Origin: the human T2T-CHM13v2.0 reference genome, Homo sapiens
Assembly: GCF_009914755.1 (NCBI RefSeq)
Contig: NC_060928.1
Direction: 5' to 3' (one strand)
Length of the DNA stretch: 64,000 nt
Shown: piece by piece, positions 40,438 through 56,877 of the stretch
Layout of the letters: every line of letters starts with the position of its first letter
Numbering within the stretch: position 1 is the stretch's first letter
Notes under the pieces: model-generated
Seen by the model: the letters and a program-made list of their open reading frames with translations, nothing else
The model's database searches: none
Told to the model about the DNA's origin: nothing
Program-made: the position numbers and the translations under genes

Positions 40438-42591
40438 TGATATGGTTTTGCTGTGTCCCCACCCAAATCTCATCTTGAATTCCAATGTGTTGTGGGAGGA
40501 ACCCGATAGGAGGTAATTTTCCTCACTTCCACTTTAGCTTCCTACTCATTTTCTCTTGCTGTCACCATGTAAGAAGCGCCTTTCACCTCCCGCCATAATT
40601 CTGAGGCCTCCCCAGCCAAGTGGAACTATAAGTCCAATTAAACCTCTTTTTCTTCCCAGTCTCGGATATGTCTTTATCAGCATCATGAAAACTTACTAAT
40701 ACAGTAAATTGGTACCAGTAGAGTGTGGCATTGCTGAAAAAATACGCAAAAATGTGGAAGCGACTTTGGAATGTGTAACAGGCAGATGTTGGAACAGTTC
40801 TGAGTCCTCTGGCTCAGAAGAAGACAAGAAAATGTGGAAAGTTTAGAATGCCCCCGAGACTTATTGAATGGCTTTGACCAAAAGGTTGATAGAGATATGG
40901 ACAATAAGGTCTGGGCTGAGGTTGTCTCAGATGGAGAAGAGGAACTTATTGGGAACTGGGGCAAAGTTAACTCTTGTTATGTTTTAGCGAAGAGACTGGT
41001 GGCATTTTGCCCATGCCCTAGAGATTTGAGGAACTTTGAACTTGAGAGAGATGATTTACGGTATCTGGTGGAAGAAATTTCTAAGCAGCAAAACATTCAA
41101 GAAGTGACTTTGTTACTGCTAATGGCATTCAGTTTTACAAGGGAAGCACAGCATAATAATTTGGAAAATATGCAACCTGACAATGTGACAGAAAAGAAAA
41201 ACCCATTTTCTGGGAAGACATTCAGATCAGCTACAGAAATTTGCATAAGTAGCAAGGAGCCTAATGTTACTTCCCAAGACTATGGGGAAAATGTCTCCAG
41301 GCCATGTCAGAGACCATCATAGCAGCCCTTCCCTGGAGGCCCAGGAGGAAAAAAGGATCTCTGTACTGTGTGCAACCTAGGGATTTGGTGCCCTGTGTCT
41401 CAACTACTCTAGCCATGGCTGAAAGGGACCAATGTACAGCTTGGGCTGTGGCTTCAGAGGGTGGAAGTCCCAAGCTTTGGTAGCTGCCATGTGGTGTTGA
41501 GCCTGCAGGTGCACAGAAGTCAAGAATTGAGGTTTGGGAACCTCTGACTAGATTTCAGAAGATGTATGGAAACACCTTGACGCTCAGGCAAAAGTTTTCT
41601 ACAGGGGTGGGGACCTCATGGAGAACCTCTGCTAGAGCAGTTGCAGAAAGGGAATGTGGGGTTGGAATCCCCACACAGAGTCCCTACTGGGACACTGCCT
41701 AGTGCAGCTGTGAGAAGACAGCCACTGTCATCCAGACCCCAGAATTCTAGATCCACTGACAGCTTGCAGTTTGCACCTGGAAGAACCTCAAACACTCAAT
41801 GCCAGCCTGTGAAAGCAGCTAGGAGGGAGGCTGTACCCTGCAAAGCCACAGGGGCAGAGCTGCCCAAGACCATGGGAACCCACCTCTTGCATCAGCATGA
41901 CCTGGAAGTGAGACCTCAAAGGAGATCATTTTGGAGCTTTAAAATTTGACTCCCTTGCTGGATTTTAAACTTGCATGGGACCTGTAGCCTCTTTATTTTG
42001 GCCAATGTCTCCCATTTGGAATGGCTGTATTTCTCCAATTCTTGTACTCCCATTGCATCTAGGAAGTAACTACCTTGCTTTTTATTTTACAGGCTCATAG
42101 GTGGAAGGGACTTGCCTTGTCTGGGATAAGACTTTGGTCTATGGACTTTTGAGTTAATGCTGAAATGAGTTAAGACTTTGGGGCACTGTTGGGAAGGCAT
42201 GATAGGCTTTGAAATGTAAGAATATGAGATTTGGGAGGGGCCAGGGGTGGAATGATATGGTTTTGCTCTGTCCTTACCCAAATTTCATCTTGAATTTCCA
42301 AGTGTTGTGGGAGGGACATGGTGGGAGGTAATTGAATCATGGGGGCCAGTCTTTCTCATGCTATTCTCGTGATAGTGAATAAGTCTCTCAAGATCTGATG
42401 GGTTTATCACAGGTTTCTGCTTTTGCTTCCTTCTCATTTTCTCTTGCTGCCACCATGTAAGAAATGCCTTTTGCCTCCTGCCATGATTCGGAGGCATCTC
42501 CAGCCATGTGGAATGGTAAGTCCAATTAAACCTCTTTTTCTTCTCAGTCTTGTGCATGTCTTTATCAGCAGCATGAATACAGACTAGTACA
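40438..42591 (+). mobile_element. Complete THE1A element: 5' LTR 40438-40703 (internal deletion), internal 40704-42252, 3' LTR 42253-42591
   Basis: tgatatggtttt...(t)aca LTR termini; THE1A-type cttttgcttccttctcattttctcttgc; perfect 5-bp TSD gttac (40433-37, 42592-96). Confidence 0.96.
40834..41322 (+). pseudogene. Remnant of the MaLR/THE1 internal ORF (162 codons open)
   Basis: PRDLLNGFDQ...AEVVSDGEEELIGNW...KRLVAFCPCPRDL..FELERDDL.YL.EEISKQQ is the known THE1/MST internal ORF; broken downstream. Confidence 0.8.
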
Positions 42592-42699
42592 GTTACTCTC
42601 AATGTATAATGGAAAAGACTCAAAGAGAAAACAGCTAAATATATTGACAGGCTAGATAATATTGATAATATATTTTGTTTGTCCATCAACAAATTGTCA

Positions 42700-43152
42700 C
42701 TTCTTCTTTTATTCTTTTTTCATTTATAAGAGGCAATGTTACCTGTCTCAGGAACTAAATCATTTTTTCTCCACTTGTCAGTGATTGGCTGAAGGGTAAG
42801 ATTATTAACCCCTTCTGGTATTTGAATTATAACCAGAAGTAGAATACAAAGTTTTTTCCACCCTGAGAAAAATAGATACCTAAAGATAAGCAGCCCTTAC
42901 CTACTTTCTATTCAGGGCATTAAAATGAGGAAATCATCCTCAATGGCTACTGCATCCTTCATACAACCCCAAGAAGTAAACCAAAAATACACCAGAGAGC
43001 TGAACACAGAGGACTGTTTTGTTCAACTGCTTTATCTGCTCTGAGACTTTTCATATGTAGACTATTTGTTACATGGGAATGTACCTTTCTAGTTTTTTTA
43101 ACCTTTTAAGTCAAGTATTTGGTTATTCCAATTAGGTGGATCTTAACTGACT
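42700..43152 (+). mobile_element. Old MLT1 (J/K/L-like) LTR
   Basis: cagtgattggctgaaggg...gactatttgttacatggga...tttaagtcaagtatttggttatt...cttaactgac. Confidence 0.5.
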
Positions 43153-46100
43153 CGAGTTTGATGACTGTGACTAACAATAAATCTCCACCTGTTAGGAAAC
43201 ACATCTGGACAGAGACATCTTCTCATGTTAGTTAAGTCCCCTTCTATCTGCCTTTCAGAAAAATTTGGAATTGAAGCCCTTTGGTACAGAATTTGGAAGA
43301 TGTTGCCCATTTTATTTTGGCTATGTAGGGGCCCTGGTCATTTTTCCAAGTAACACTATCTATGATTGTAACCTAAATATACGTACAATCTTTTATTGCC
43401 CACAGAGGAATTTCCTCCCTTTGCTTTCCTATAGCAGGAGTTTATTTCTCTGCAAAAAAAAAAAAAAGATGCTATGAGCCCTGAAGGCAGTGTGAAGCAA
43501 GCCCCTGCATCTATAGATAAACTTTTAGGAAAGGCATCACTAGTGAACTAGATAAAATAGCAATTGAACCACTTTATTAAGGCTTGCAGCTTTCTAAAAG
43601 CTTCTTATTTCTCTCCAGTAGGAGTGAACTCTGATAATATCTATGGTGAAGGGTAGCATCCTCGGTCTGAAGGAACTCCATTTTTATTTTAAGCATTAAT
43701 ATAAAGCACCTTTTCACTCTTCTTCCACTCACATTGCTTCCACTCACCTCCTCTACATCCTCTCCTTTCCACTACCCTTCCACTCACTCCTGCCTTCCAA
43801 AACATATTCCCTTCCTAAAGGATTTAGTCCCTTGCCAAAGAAGAAACTCACTCGGCATAAGACATAGGGATAATCTCCACTATTGTGCACACTGTGGTTG
43901 AAAATGAAGTCTTTGGCTGATGAGTGTGTGTAGATGTATTACTAATGTGACTTCTGTAGCTGTCATATAATAGCTATTATGAACTAGCAGACCCAGAAAA
44001 TTACATGGTGTAATTGCTATTTGAATTTATATTTAATTTCCAGTGGAAAATGTGGTCCAGTCAATAGTCTCAAGTTTATCAGTCAATGAAATCGTAAAAT
44101 ACCTCTAACTTATTTACTCCATTCATAAAATTGAAATAAAAACAACTATTGTACAACAATGCTCTTAGAATTGGAAGTACGCTACCTTCAAATAAGTAAA
44201 AAGCTTTATCATTAAATAGCATGCAGTATGTTACTTAAGCAGACACAGGTAAATTCAAGAAATATAACCCAGATGTGGGAAAAGGGAGAAAAAAGCATAT
44301 TGAATGGCCAGTTCATCAATGGAAAACCTCATACTCAGGGGAAAATAAATCAACTGCACTTTTTGAGGAGATCAAGAGCCAACACAGAGATACCACATTT
44401 CTAAATTACTAATTACCTTTTATAGATTAAATTATTTAACAAATTATCATTTACCTTGTGCCCTACATGTATCCCAGATCAGGCTGCTTATTATCATGCC
44501 AAATTCTTTTCCACACTCTAAAGAATGTCAAAAATGGTTAAGTCAGCGCACTATCTCTTTGTCATATAAATATATTTCATTTATAATTCAAGGTTAATAT
44601 TTTCTTTAAAGGAAGCTACGGGTTTTCAATGGTTGAAGTTGTTACAGGAGAGCATCTTTGAAATTTTGCATTATTGACCTACTTAAACAGTAAGACCTTA
44701 GAGAATGACATCAGTCATTTCTAATTGTTAAATTAAAAGAATGACATCAAATATAGCAGGAAACTTAGAATAACACATTTTGAGAAAACATATGGTATTT
44801 TTATGTAAATTCAAGCCTGCACATAAAAATCTTATTTGTCAGTTATCAGCAATTCTTTCTTGACTGTCTCTGACTTAGGATGAGCCAATCTTTAGCAATG
44901 GGGAGAAACAGAATCTGATTTTTCATATTCTGGTTTTTAAATTGTTACACATTCTAATTGTGAATCAAAGTTTATTATTAAGAATTATTAGTTATATATA
45001 AATTAATTAAGCTGTATCTTAATTGATATAAAACAAGAGTTTGAATAATGGACATTAAGAGTCTCCCCTTGGGTGAGATGTGATTATTCCTGATTTAAGA
45101 TACAGGTGAAATCATTCACTAGGTTTTGAGCACAACACACACCTAATCAGAGAGTGGCTGGGCAAAGGGATTTTATAATCACAGAGATAAATATTAATAA
45201 TAGAAGGAGATGTCTTATTGTCAAAATATAGAATATATTTAGCAGTGAGTATTACTAAATACACCACAATCACAGAAGTCAACGTCTTGGGTAGAGCACA
45301 TTTCTATTTTGAAAACTTAGTCGGTTTAACCACCATTATAGCTTGCTGTTTTTATATTGCTAGGTATTATTTCCGCACAATATCAAAACTATAGTTAGAA
45401 AATACAACTGCTTTCAGAAATCTTTGTATGCCCTTTTGATAATGTTTGACTTCAGATAATTTTTAACACAGATTATGTATTTGTTAATTATTTGTTTCCA
45501 TTTTGGTAGAGGACCTGAAAGACTATTCTGGGTGATTGGACCCCGTAAGTTACAGAAAATACAGTGTTTCAAAACTGTTTTACAAGATGTATTTAAAATA
45601 TATGTGGGGGTGGGGCCGAGATGGCCAACTAGAAACAGCATTGTTTGGAGGTTCCCATCAAAAAAAAAACATAATAAGCGTGTGAATCCTTCACCAGCAA
45701 CCAAGGTATCCAGATTCTCTCATCAGAAATGACTAGAAGGCTGACATGACCCACAGAGAGAAGGAAGAACAGTGTGGTGCTGCAGCTCACCCGAGATCCA
45801 CTCTCCCCCCAGCCAAGGGAGGTGGTGAGTGACCCTGCTAACCAGCTGGGGAAACTATGCTTTTTCCATGGAACTGTGCAACCCATGGATCAGAAGCTCC
45901 CACTCACAAACCCATGCTACCAGGGCCCAGCATCCCAACCCAGGAACTCACAGACTCTTAACAGCCTCTCAGCTGGAATCTACTTAAGCCTACAGAACTC
46001 CCTGGGGAAGAGGCGACCAGCATCTCAGCTGTGCCTGCCTGCTGTCTAAGCCACATGAGCTCCTTTGGGAAGAGGCAGCAGCCAGCACTGGGGCTTAAAC

Positions 46101-46901
46101 TGCTTAACACACTAAGCTCCCTGGGCAGCGGAAGGGCGACACCCATCTCTATAGCTCCAGGCTGTGGTTTTCCACTGTTGGAGCGAGGGAGGCTGGTTGG
46201 CTTGGTCCCAAGACTTGTCACCCACTGCCCAACACACAGGAAGTGGCAGTCTGCTGCCATAGGGCCTCTTCAGGCCTGACCCTGACCTATCCTTCCTCAC
46301 TGGGCAGGGCTCCCCTGCAGGAATTCCAATAACTCCAGCCAGAGGCTCAGGGACAGAACCCAGATCTCCCTGGGCCTGAGGCCATAGGGGGAGGGGTGGC
46401 CGCAGTGACTGCGGACCAGCAGACTTAGCCTTTCCTACTGGTAGTTCTGAGGAATCTGGGCAGCCTAGATGAGTGGTTTTCTCCCTGGGGAGGCACACCC
46501 CCTCCACCAAGAGACCAAACTCTTCTTTAAACGGGTCCTGTTCCCTGTGCCACGCAACTGGGTGAGACCCTCCAACAAGGAATTGTCAGACACCCAATGC
46601 AGGAACAATCCTACTGGCATCAGATTGGTGTCCCTTGAGGTCAGAAGTCCCATCAGTGGGACTCCAGCCTCCTTGGGTGACATCTCCAGGTGGAGAAGCG
46701 AATCAGATGAATAGGGCCTGAAGTGAACCTCCAGCAAACTGCAGCAGCCCTATAGAAGAAGGACCTGATCATTGAAAGAAAAACAAACAAGCAGAAGGCA
46801 GCAATAACAGCACCACCACCACCACCACCAACAAAGCCCCCCAAAAAACCCCATCTTAGGGTCAGCAACCTCAAAGACCAAAACTAGACAAACTCACAAA
46901 G

Positions 46902-47704
46902 ATGAGAAAGAATCAATGAAAAAAATGTTGAAAACCCGAAAGGCCAGAGTACCACTTCTCCTCCAAATGAACACAATGTCTCTCCATCAAGGCCATAGGA
47001 CTGGACAGAGGATCAGATGGATGAATGGACAGAAGTAGGCTTCAGAAGATGGGTAATAAAAACTATGCTGAGCTAAAGGAGCATATTCTAACCCAAATGC
47101 CAAGAAGCTAAGAACAGTGATAAAAGGTTAGAGGAATTGCTAACTAGAATAACCAGTTTAGAGAGGAACATAAACGACCTGTTGGAGCTGAAAAACACAG
47201 TATGAGAACTTCATGAAACATACACAAATATCAGTAGCCAAATCAACCAAGCAGAAGAAAGGTTATCAGAATTTGAAGACCACCTTGTTAAAATAAGGCA
47301 TGCAGACAAGACCAGAGAAATAAGATGAATAAGAATAAACAAAGCCACCAAGAAATATGGGACTTCATAAAAAGGCCAAACCTATGATTAATTGGTGTAC
47401 CAGAAGGAGACAAAGAGAATGGAAACAAGCTGGAAAACACACTTCAGGATATTATACGGGAGAACTTCCCCAACCTAGTGATACAGGTCAACATGCAAAT
47501 TCAGGAAATAGAGACACCACCATTACGACACTCCATGAGAAGATCAACCACAAGATATATAATCATCAGATTATCCAAGGTCGAAATCAAGGAAAAACTG
47601 TTAAGAGCAACCAGAAAGAAAAGCCAGTCACCTGCAAAGGCAAGCCCATCAGACTAAGAGTGGACCTCTCAGGAGAAACTCTACAAGCCAGAAGAGTATT
47701 CAAC

Positions 47705-47750
<46 letters not shown>

Positions 47751-47940
47751 CAGCCCCAAATTTTGTATCTAGCCAACCTAAGCTTCATAAGCAAAGGATA
47801 AATAAAATCCTTTCCAGACAAGCAAATGCTGGGGGATTTTGTCACCACCAGGCCTGCCTTCCAAGAGCTCTTGAAGGAAGCACTAAATATGGAAAGGAAA
47901 AACCGGTACCAGCCACTGCAAAAACACACCAAAATATAAA
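46902..47940 (+). pseudogene. L1 ORF1 remnant (disrupted; A39 run at 47710-47748)
   Basis: KGKPIRL..DLS.ETLQARR motif in the ORF track; early stops. Confidence 0.85.
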
Positions 47941-48002
47941 GACCAATGACAGTATGAAGAAACTGCATCAAACAGTGTGCAAAATAACCAAATAACAGCA
48001 TG

Positions 48003-51768
<3,766 letters not shown>

Positions 51769-51957
51769 ACAATGAGAACACATGGGCACAGGGAGGAGAA
51801 CATCACACACCAGGGCCTGTTAGGGGTTGGAGGGTGAGGGTGGAAACTTAGAGGACAGGTTAATAGGTGCACCAAACCACCATGCCACAGGTATACCTAT
51901 GTAACAAACCTGCACGTCCTGCATGTATCCTGTTATTTTTTTTAAGAAGAAATAAAA

Positions 51958-52395
51958 AAAGAAACTCTGATATCTATATCTATATATATCTATGTACAGA
52001 TACATATAGATATATATGATGAAATACTACTCTGCCATAAAAAGGAATAAACTAACGGCATTTGCAGCAACCTGGATGTGACTGAAGATTATTATTCTAA
52101 GTGAAGTAACTCAGGAATGGAAAACAAACATCATATATTCTCACATGTAGTTGGGTGCTACACTATGAAGATGCAAAGGAATAAGAATGACACAATGGAC
52201 TTTGGGGACTCAGAAGAAGACGGGGTAAGAGGGTGAGGGATAAAAGATAACAAATTGGGTTCACTGTGTATTGCTTGGGAGATGGGTGTGACAAAATCTC
52301 ACAAATCACCATTAAATAACTCACTCATGTAACCAAACACCACCTCTTCCAAAATAACCTATGGAAATAAAAAATTTAAAAAAAAATGAAAAAAA
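51958..52395 (+). mobile_element. L1PB1-like 3' end with A-tail, abutting the L1PA8 tail
   Basis: ttattctaagtgaagtaactcaggaatggaaaac...gacacaatggactttggggactcag...aaaatctcacaaatcacc...taacctatggaaataaaaaattt. Confidence 0.9.
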
Positions 52396-52546
52396 TTATA
52401 CATGTGTACATAGGTGTTTTGTTAAATTTTCTCTTTCTATGGTAAATGATGAATAATTAAAATAATTATATATCAATACCCTAAATAACAACTATCAGTG
52501 GTGAAATATATGCATTCAATATACATTTTGAATTTGACAATGTAAA

Positions 52547-52992
52547 AGTCATCCCACTACTGGGTATCTACTCAAAGGATATTACTATATAAAAACAGAT
52601 ACATGCACTCATATGTTTATGGCAGCACTGTTCACAATGACAAAAATATGGAATCAACCTAATTGTCCATCATCCATTCATGGTTGCATAAAATAAATGT
52701 GGTATATATACACAATGAAATACTATTCAGCCATAAAAAATAATTAAATCATGTTTTTTGCAACAACATAGATGGAACTGGAGACCATTATCTTAAGTAA
52801 AACAACTAAGAAACAGAAGGCAAACACCACATGTTTTCACAGGTGGGAGAAGGATGGATGATGAAAAACTACTTAATGGGTATAATAATGTACATTATTC
52901 AAATGATGATTACACTAAAAGCCCAGACTTTACCGCTAGGCAATATATCTGTGTGACAAAATTGCACTTGTATCCCTTAAATTTATACAAAC
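52547..52992 (+). mobile_element. L1PB4-like 3' fragment with an internal deletion
   Basis: atcccactactgggtatctac...acttaatgggtataataatgtacattattc...ttacactaaaagcccagactttacc...tgcacttgtatcccttaaatttat. Confidence 0.85.
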
Positions 52993-54063
52993 TATATGTG
53001 TGTATGTATATTTATTTACATATGCATATTTACAATTATATATATATACACACACACATACACTCACACACAAATATAGTTATGCATTATTAATATTTAA
53101 TATTTAGACTGGCACTGGCACCTTCCCTAAGGCCATTTATTTCGGAAGGTCATGTGTCACGTACAGAGCAGGATATGTCCTTAAGGAAACAGTGAAGTTC
53201 CATGAGGCACTATGTGAAAGTTACACTCTCAATAGTTTCTTTCCTTTCAATGTATTTTGACAAATTACAGTGTACACATGCCAGGTTAAAATGATTTATG
53301 GATTATATTAGCTAGATTAAGCTAAATAAATCTCCCAGAATGGCTAATGACTTTAAAACATTTCTGTAAGAAAACAGTCTATTAAAGTAGTATCAATAAT
53401 GCAGACACAATAAACAATGAAAAAACATGGGTATGACATTTAACATAACCTAGTAAAAATTCTTAATCATGAAACAAAACCATGATTCTTTTAATTATAT
53501 CTGACAACTGGTGGGTGACAGATGGAAAAAAATTAGTTTATCAGACATAGGGATTAGCATTCATTATTTTTTAAAATAAATTGCACTCTATCTTGTTGAT
53601 TTCTGAGGTAGTAATGCTCTGAACTTCTTACAATTTTCAACAATCTATTTCATGTCTGTCTTAAGAATTTATACTTTGAGTATCCTTACATTTATAAAAC
53701 TTACATAAGGGTAACCACTTATATATACAATTTATTTTAACATATATTTTGAAATTGTGGTTAAAAATTGTTTTGGAAGAGAGGTCTGTAATTTTTCTAA
53801 AAAAGTTTAAATACTATTATCTTGGAGTTTAGACTTTGAAAACTTATAATGAACATGGGAACTTAGTTTAATCTATCTGTATTTGAGCAATAAGAATTTC
53901 AACATATATATAGCATACAGTCTATAAATTTTAATGTTTTATAAATGAAACATTATTACTGAAATAAAATGATCACAATCTTGAAACTGTAATTCTGTCA
54001 TTTATTACCTGATCACTGTGCAATTAATATATAAATAAATTGATTGTAATCTGTTACACTGTT

Positions 54064-54087
54064 AAAAAAAAAAAAAAAAAAAAAAAA
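54064..54087 (+). repeat. A24 homopolymer in apparently unique sequence
   Basis: Directly visible. Confidence 0.95.
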
Positions 54088-54539
54088 CCCTTACCTGTGG
54101 CCATGGATGGGGTGCTATTGACATAAGTAAATATTTGTTTGGTTTCCAGAAAATTTACCTTACCTTGAGAGTCTGCTATGATTGTTTAAATGTAAATCTA
54201 TGTTAATCTGGCCTCTTGTTCATCTTTCCCATGGAAATATTGCAAAGGCAAATATTTCAGTTTCGTAATTTAAATATGTCTAAGATTATGTTCACAGGCA
54301 TACATTTTGTCTTTGAATTACTTAAAAGAGTCTACCTTATCTAATACCCTATAATCCATATTTCTCAAGGACTACTGATAGTGAAATAAGGTGACATCAA
54401 ATACCTCAAACTATTTCTCTGGTCATGCCACCTCCTTTCCCCGTTACCCACACTCCTGTTAATCCTGAAAGCTTTCAAATAATTCTGGGATTACCAGGAG
54501 ATCTCTGACATGTTTCTTGGATTATACACTCTGTCTCTC

Positions 54540-54700
54540 AGCATAGCATAATATTTAGGAGAATAGATTTTGAGCTTGAGTTCTGGCTCTAAACTTATTG
54601 TGTGTGCTTATGAGCAAGGGCGTGAAAGCCATAAGATTCATTAAATTAATATATGTAAATTTGTGGAAAGTGTGCGACACATAGAAAGCACCATACATGT
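54540..54700 (+). mobile_element. MIR
   Basis: agcatagcataat...gagttctggctct...aagattcattaaattaatatatgtaaa...gacacatagaaagcac. Confidence 0.6.
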
Positions 54701-55076
54701 TTTATATTGTCATCCTTAGTCACAACTGCTGGTACCCTGGACAACTAATGAAGTAGTTTGGCCACAGGTGCCACCCAATTTATGTCCAACACACTGGAGC
54801 CTAAATATACCTAGAAGTATCTTTGCCAGGAAAGCTGCCAAGTCCCAGTGTTGTGAGCCCTGATGTAGTCTCTGAGGACCTGCTTGCTCTTGGCACTGCC
54901 TCCATCCCTGATGCAGCTGCTGGCTCTGAGGATGCTGATGCTGTGTGCTCTCACTGTCCCACAGAGACCTTAGTCAAACAGCTCATTTTTCTTCTGGCTC
55001 TTTTTCCATAGCGCTCTACCTTTCTCCTGGAGCAAACACAGTGACCATTTTCTTTTAACTAAAACCTGTATGTCCA

Positions 55077-55252
55077 GAATAAATATTGCAAACTAGAAGC
55101 CCATGGGAAGTATTTATTGTTTTTTAATATATTTTTAATGCCTTAAGGTTGGGCCTCTACTTTCAATTGACTATAGACTACTGTTCATTATTATCTTACA
55201 TTCTAGGACACTTTCCACTTTTTGTTCCTGAAGATATGTTTCTAAAACTCTA
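55077..55252. mobile_element. MER102-like hAT fragment
   Basis: tgcaaactagaagcccatggg...atgccttaaggttgggcctctactttcaattgactatagactac. Confidence 0.5.
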
Positions 55253-55689
55253 GTTTCTTTATTATACTGTTGGATAAATTCATTCCCTAGCAGCTTTTTG
55301 AGACTACATTCTTATAAACCCTGGCAGACCATCTCAAGTTCTCCAAAAGTTTCAGAACTTAAGATTGGTGTGGTCTAGGTTTAATATGGAGGTTTTACTT
55401 CCAATAAAACATGATAAAAAATGTTTGACAGTTATATAAAGTGTTCTTGGCCTTGACTTGATAGACTTGTTGAAAAATACCCATAAAATTCCTTAATGGA
55501 TAATTTTTGATAAATGAATAAATTAATATTGATATTATAAACATGTTTACTATATATCCTTGCACAGAGATTTATACCATCACTTTAGAGAGTCTCTTCA
55601 CGCAGTTTTCTTTAATATAATCAAATACATAACCTTAGTCTAACATCTAACTGAGCTACTTTAAGATATAGTAGAACATATGCTGAGAA

Positions 55690-55850
55690 TGTTTTAAAGA
55701 CTGCTGACTGCCTCAATATCTAGGCTTCTGTTCTTCCTTTATAAGCAAATTCTCTATGTTTAGTGTTTTACAGCCTCCCCTTCAGGTAGGTGTCGCCCAT
55801 GTATACAAGTCCTGTCCAGTGGTATTGAGAAAACAGAAAGTGTCAGGTAG
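55690..55850 (+). mobile_element. MLT1J/I-like LTR fragment
   Basis: cagcctccccttcaggtaggtgtcgcccatgtatacaagtcctgtccagtgg...cagaaagtg. Confidence 0.55.
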
Positions 55851-56807
55851 CCAAATTGTAATCAATGGTCTTATCCACTCTCAAGCTGTGCTAATATTTT
55901 CAAAGATGCAGGTAATGGTGAATACTAGGTAAAACCTGGAGATATTCTGTACTGTCAAAACCCCTTTCCAGGTCCTGAATTTTCTCGGCCCAGATTTAAC
56001 ATAGGAAGTTTCTAAACGATGTGTGTATTGCTGAAAATAAAACTACTTTGGTAATGAAAAGTCTTTTTGTTATACTCCAGTAATTACATAGTTTAAGTGA
56101 CACTTCCAAGGAATCATACCCTCAAAATTCCATAATTTCATAAATTCCAGGTGTGTTAACTGTAAAAAAAATCTTAAATACATCAGGTGTATCCTGCTAA
56201 AACTATTTCAGAGATAAGCATTCTCTAGCTAGTAAATACCATTAGTGAGTTTGCCAGGTTATTAGCATTTTCACAGGAGGATTTGATCTCTTACTTACTA
56301 ATTTCTTATCAGATATATAAGCCAAAAGATTATGTATAACTTTCAGAATTATTTTCTCTAATGTTATACCAAACAATCTCCAGCAATTCAACTGCATTTA
56401 GCATTGGCCAACATGGAGTCCAGGTGTTGGTCAGACAGCCTAAGTGTTGGCACAGAATTATTAATACACCCATATTGAAAAGCCAGCTTGACTTAAATGT
56501 ACCATTCTTCTTCCTTAATGTAGAACTCTCTAAATCTATTTGCACACCATTCCAAGATCCAAGATTTACATGGACATAAATCAGTGAACTCTTGTAATTC
56601 TTTTGGTGCATAAAGCTTTTCCTTTTGATTTAAAAATTGTACGTGATCTCCCATGAAAGTTAAGGTCTGATCTAGTTATAAATCTAAAGGTAATTAGGGA
56701 AGGGATTAGAAAAAAGGGGCAATGAGGAGAATGACAATGTAAATAAGGAAGATGATGTCATTGAAGATTTCTCAGGGCATAAACTACTCATTGAACTTAC
56801 AAAGAGC

Positions 56808-56877
56808 CAGCCTATGCTGGCAGGAGAAGCTCAGGGAGTGTACAGCCTATGCTGGCAGGAGAAGCTCAGGGAGTGTA
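56808..56877. repeat. Perfect 35-bp tandem duplication
   Basis: cagcctatgctggcaggagaagctcagggagtgta twice, no mismatches. Confidence 0.97.

Noticed and set aside
45606-46900. GC-rich region resembling a promoter or CpG island
   Set aside because: It is the L1 5' UTR and its CpGs are largely decayed
47357-47995. 212-aa ORF with a poly-lysine run
   Set aside because: Frameshifted mosaic of L1 ORF1; the poly-K is just the A39 homopolymer
55775-55792. Recursive-splice-like ccccttcag|gtaggt
   Set aside because: Part of an MLT1J-like LTR motif; similar AG|GT hits at 16011-16020 and near 62330 have weak tracts and are expected by chance
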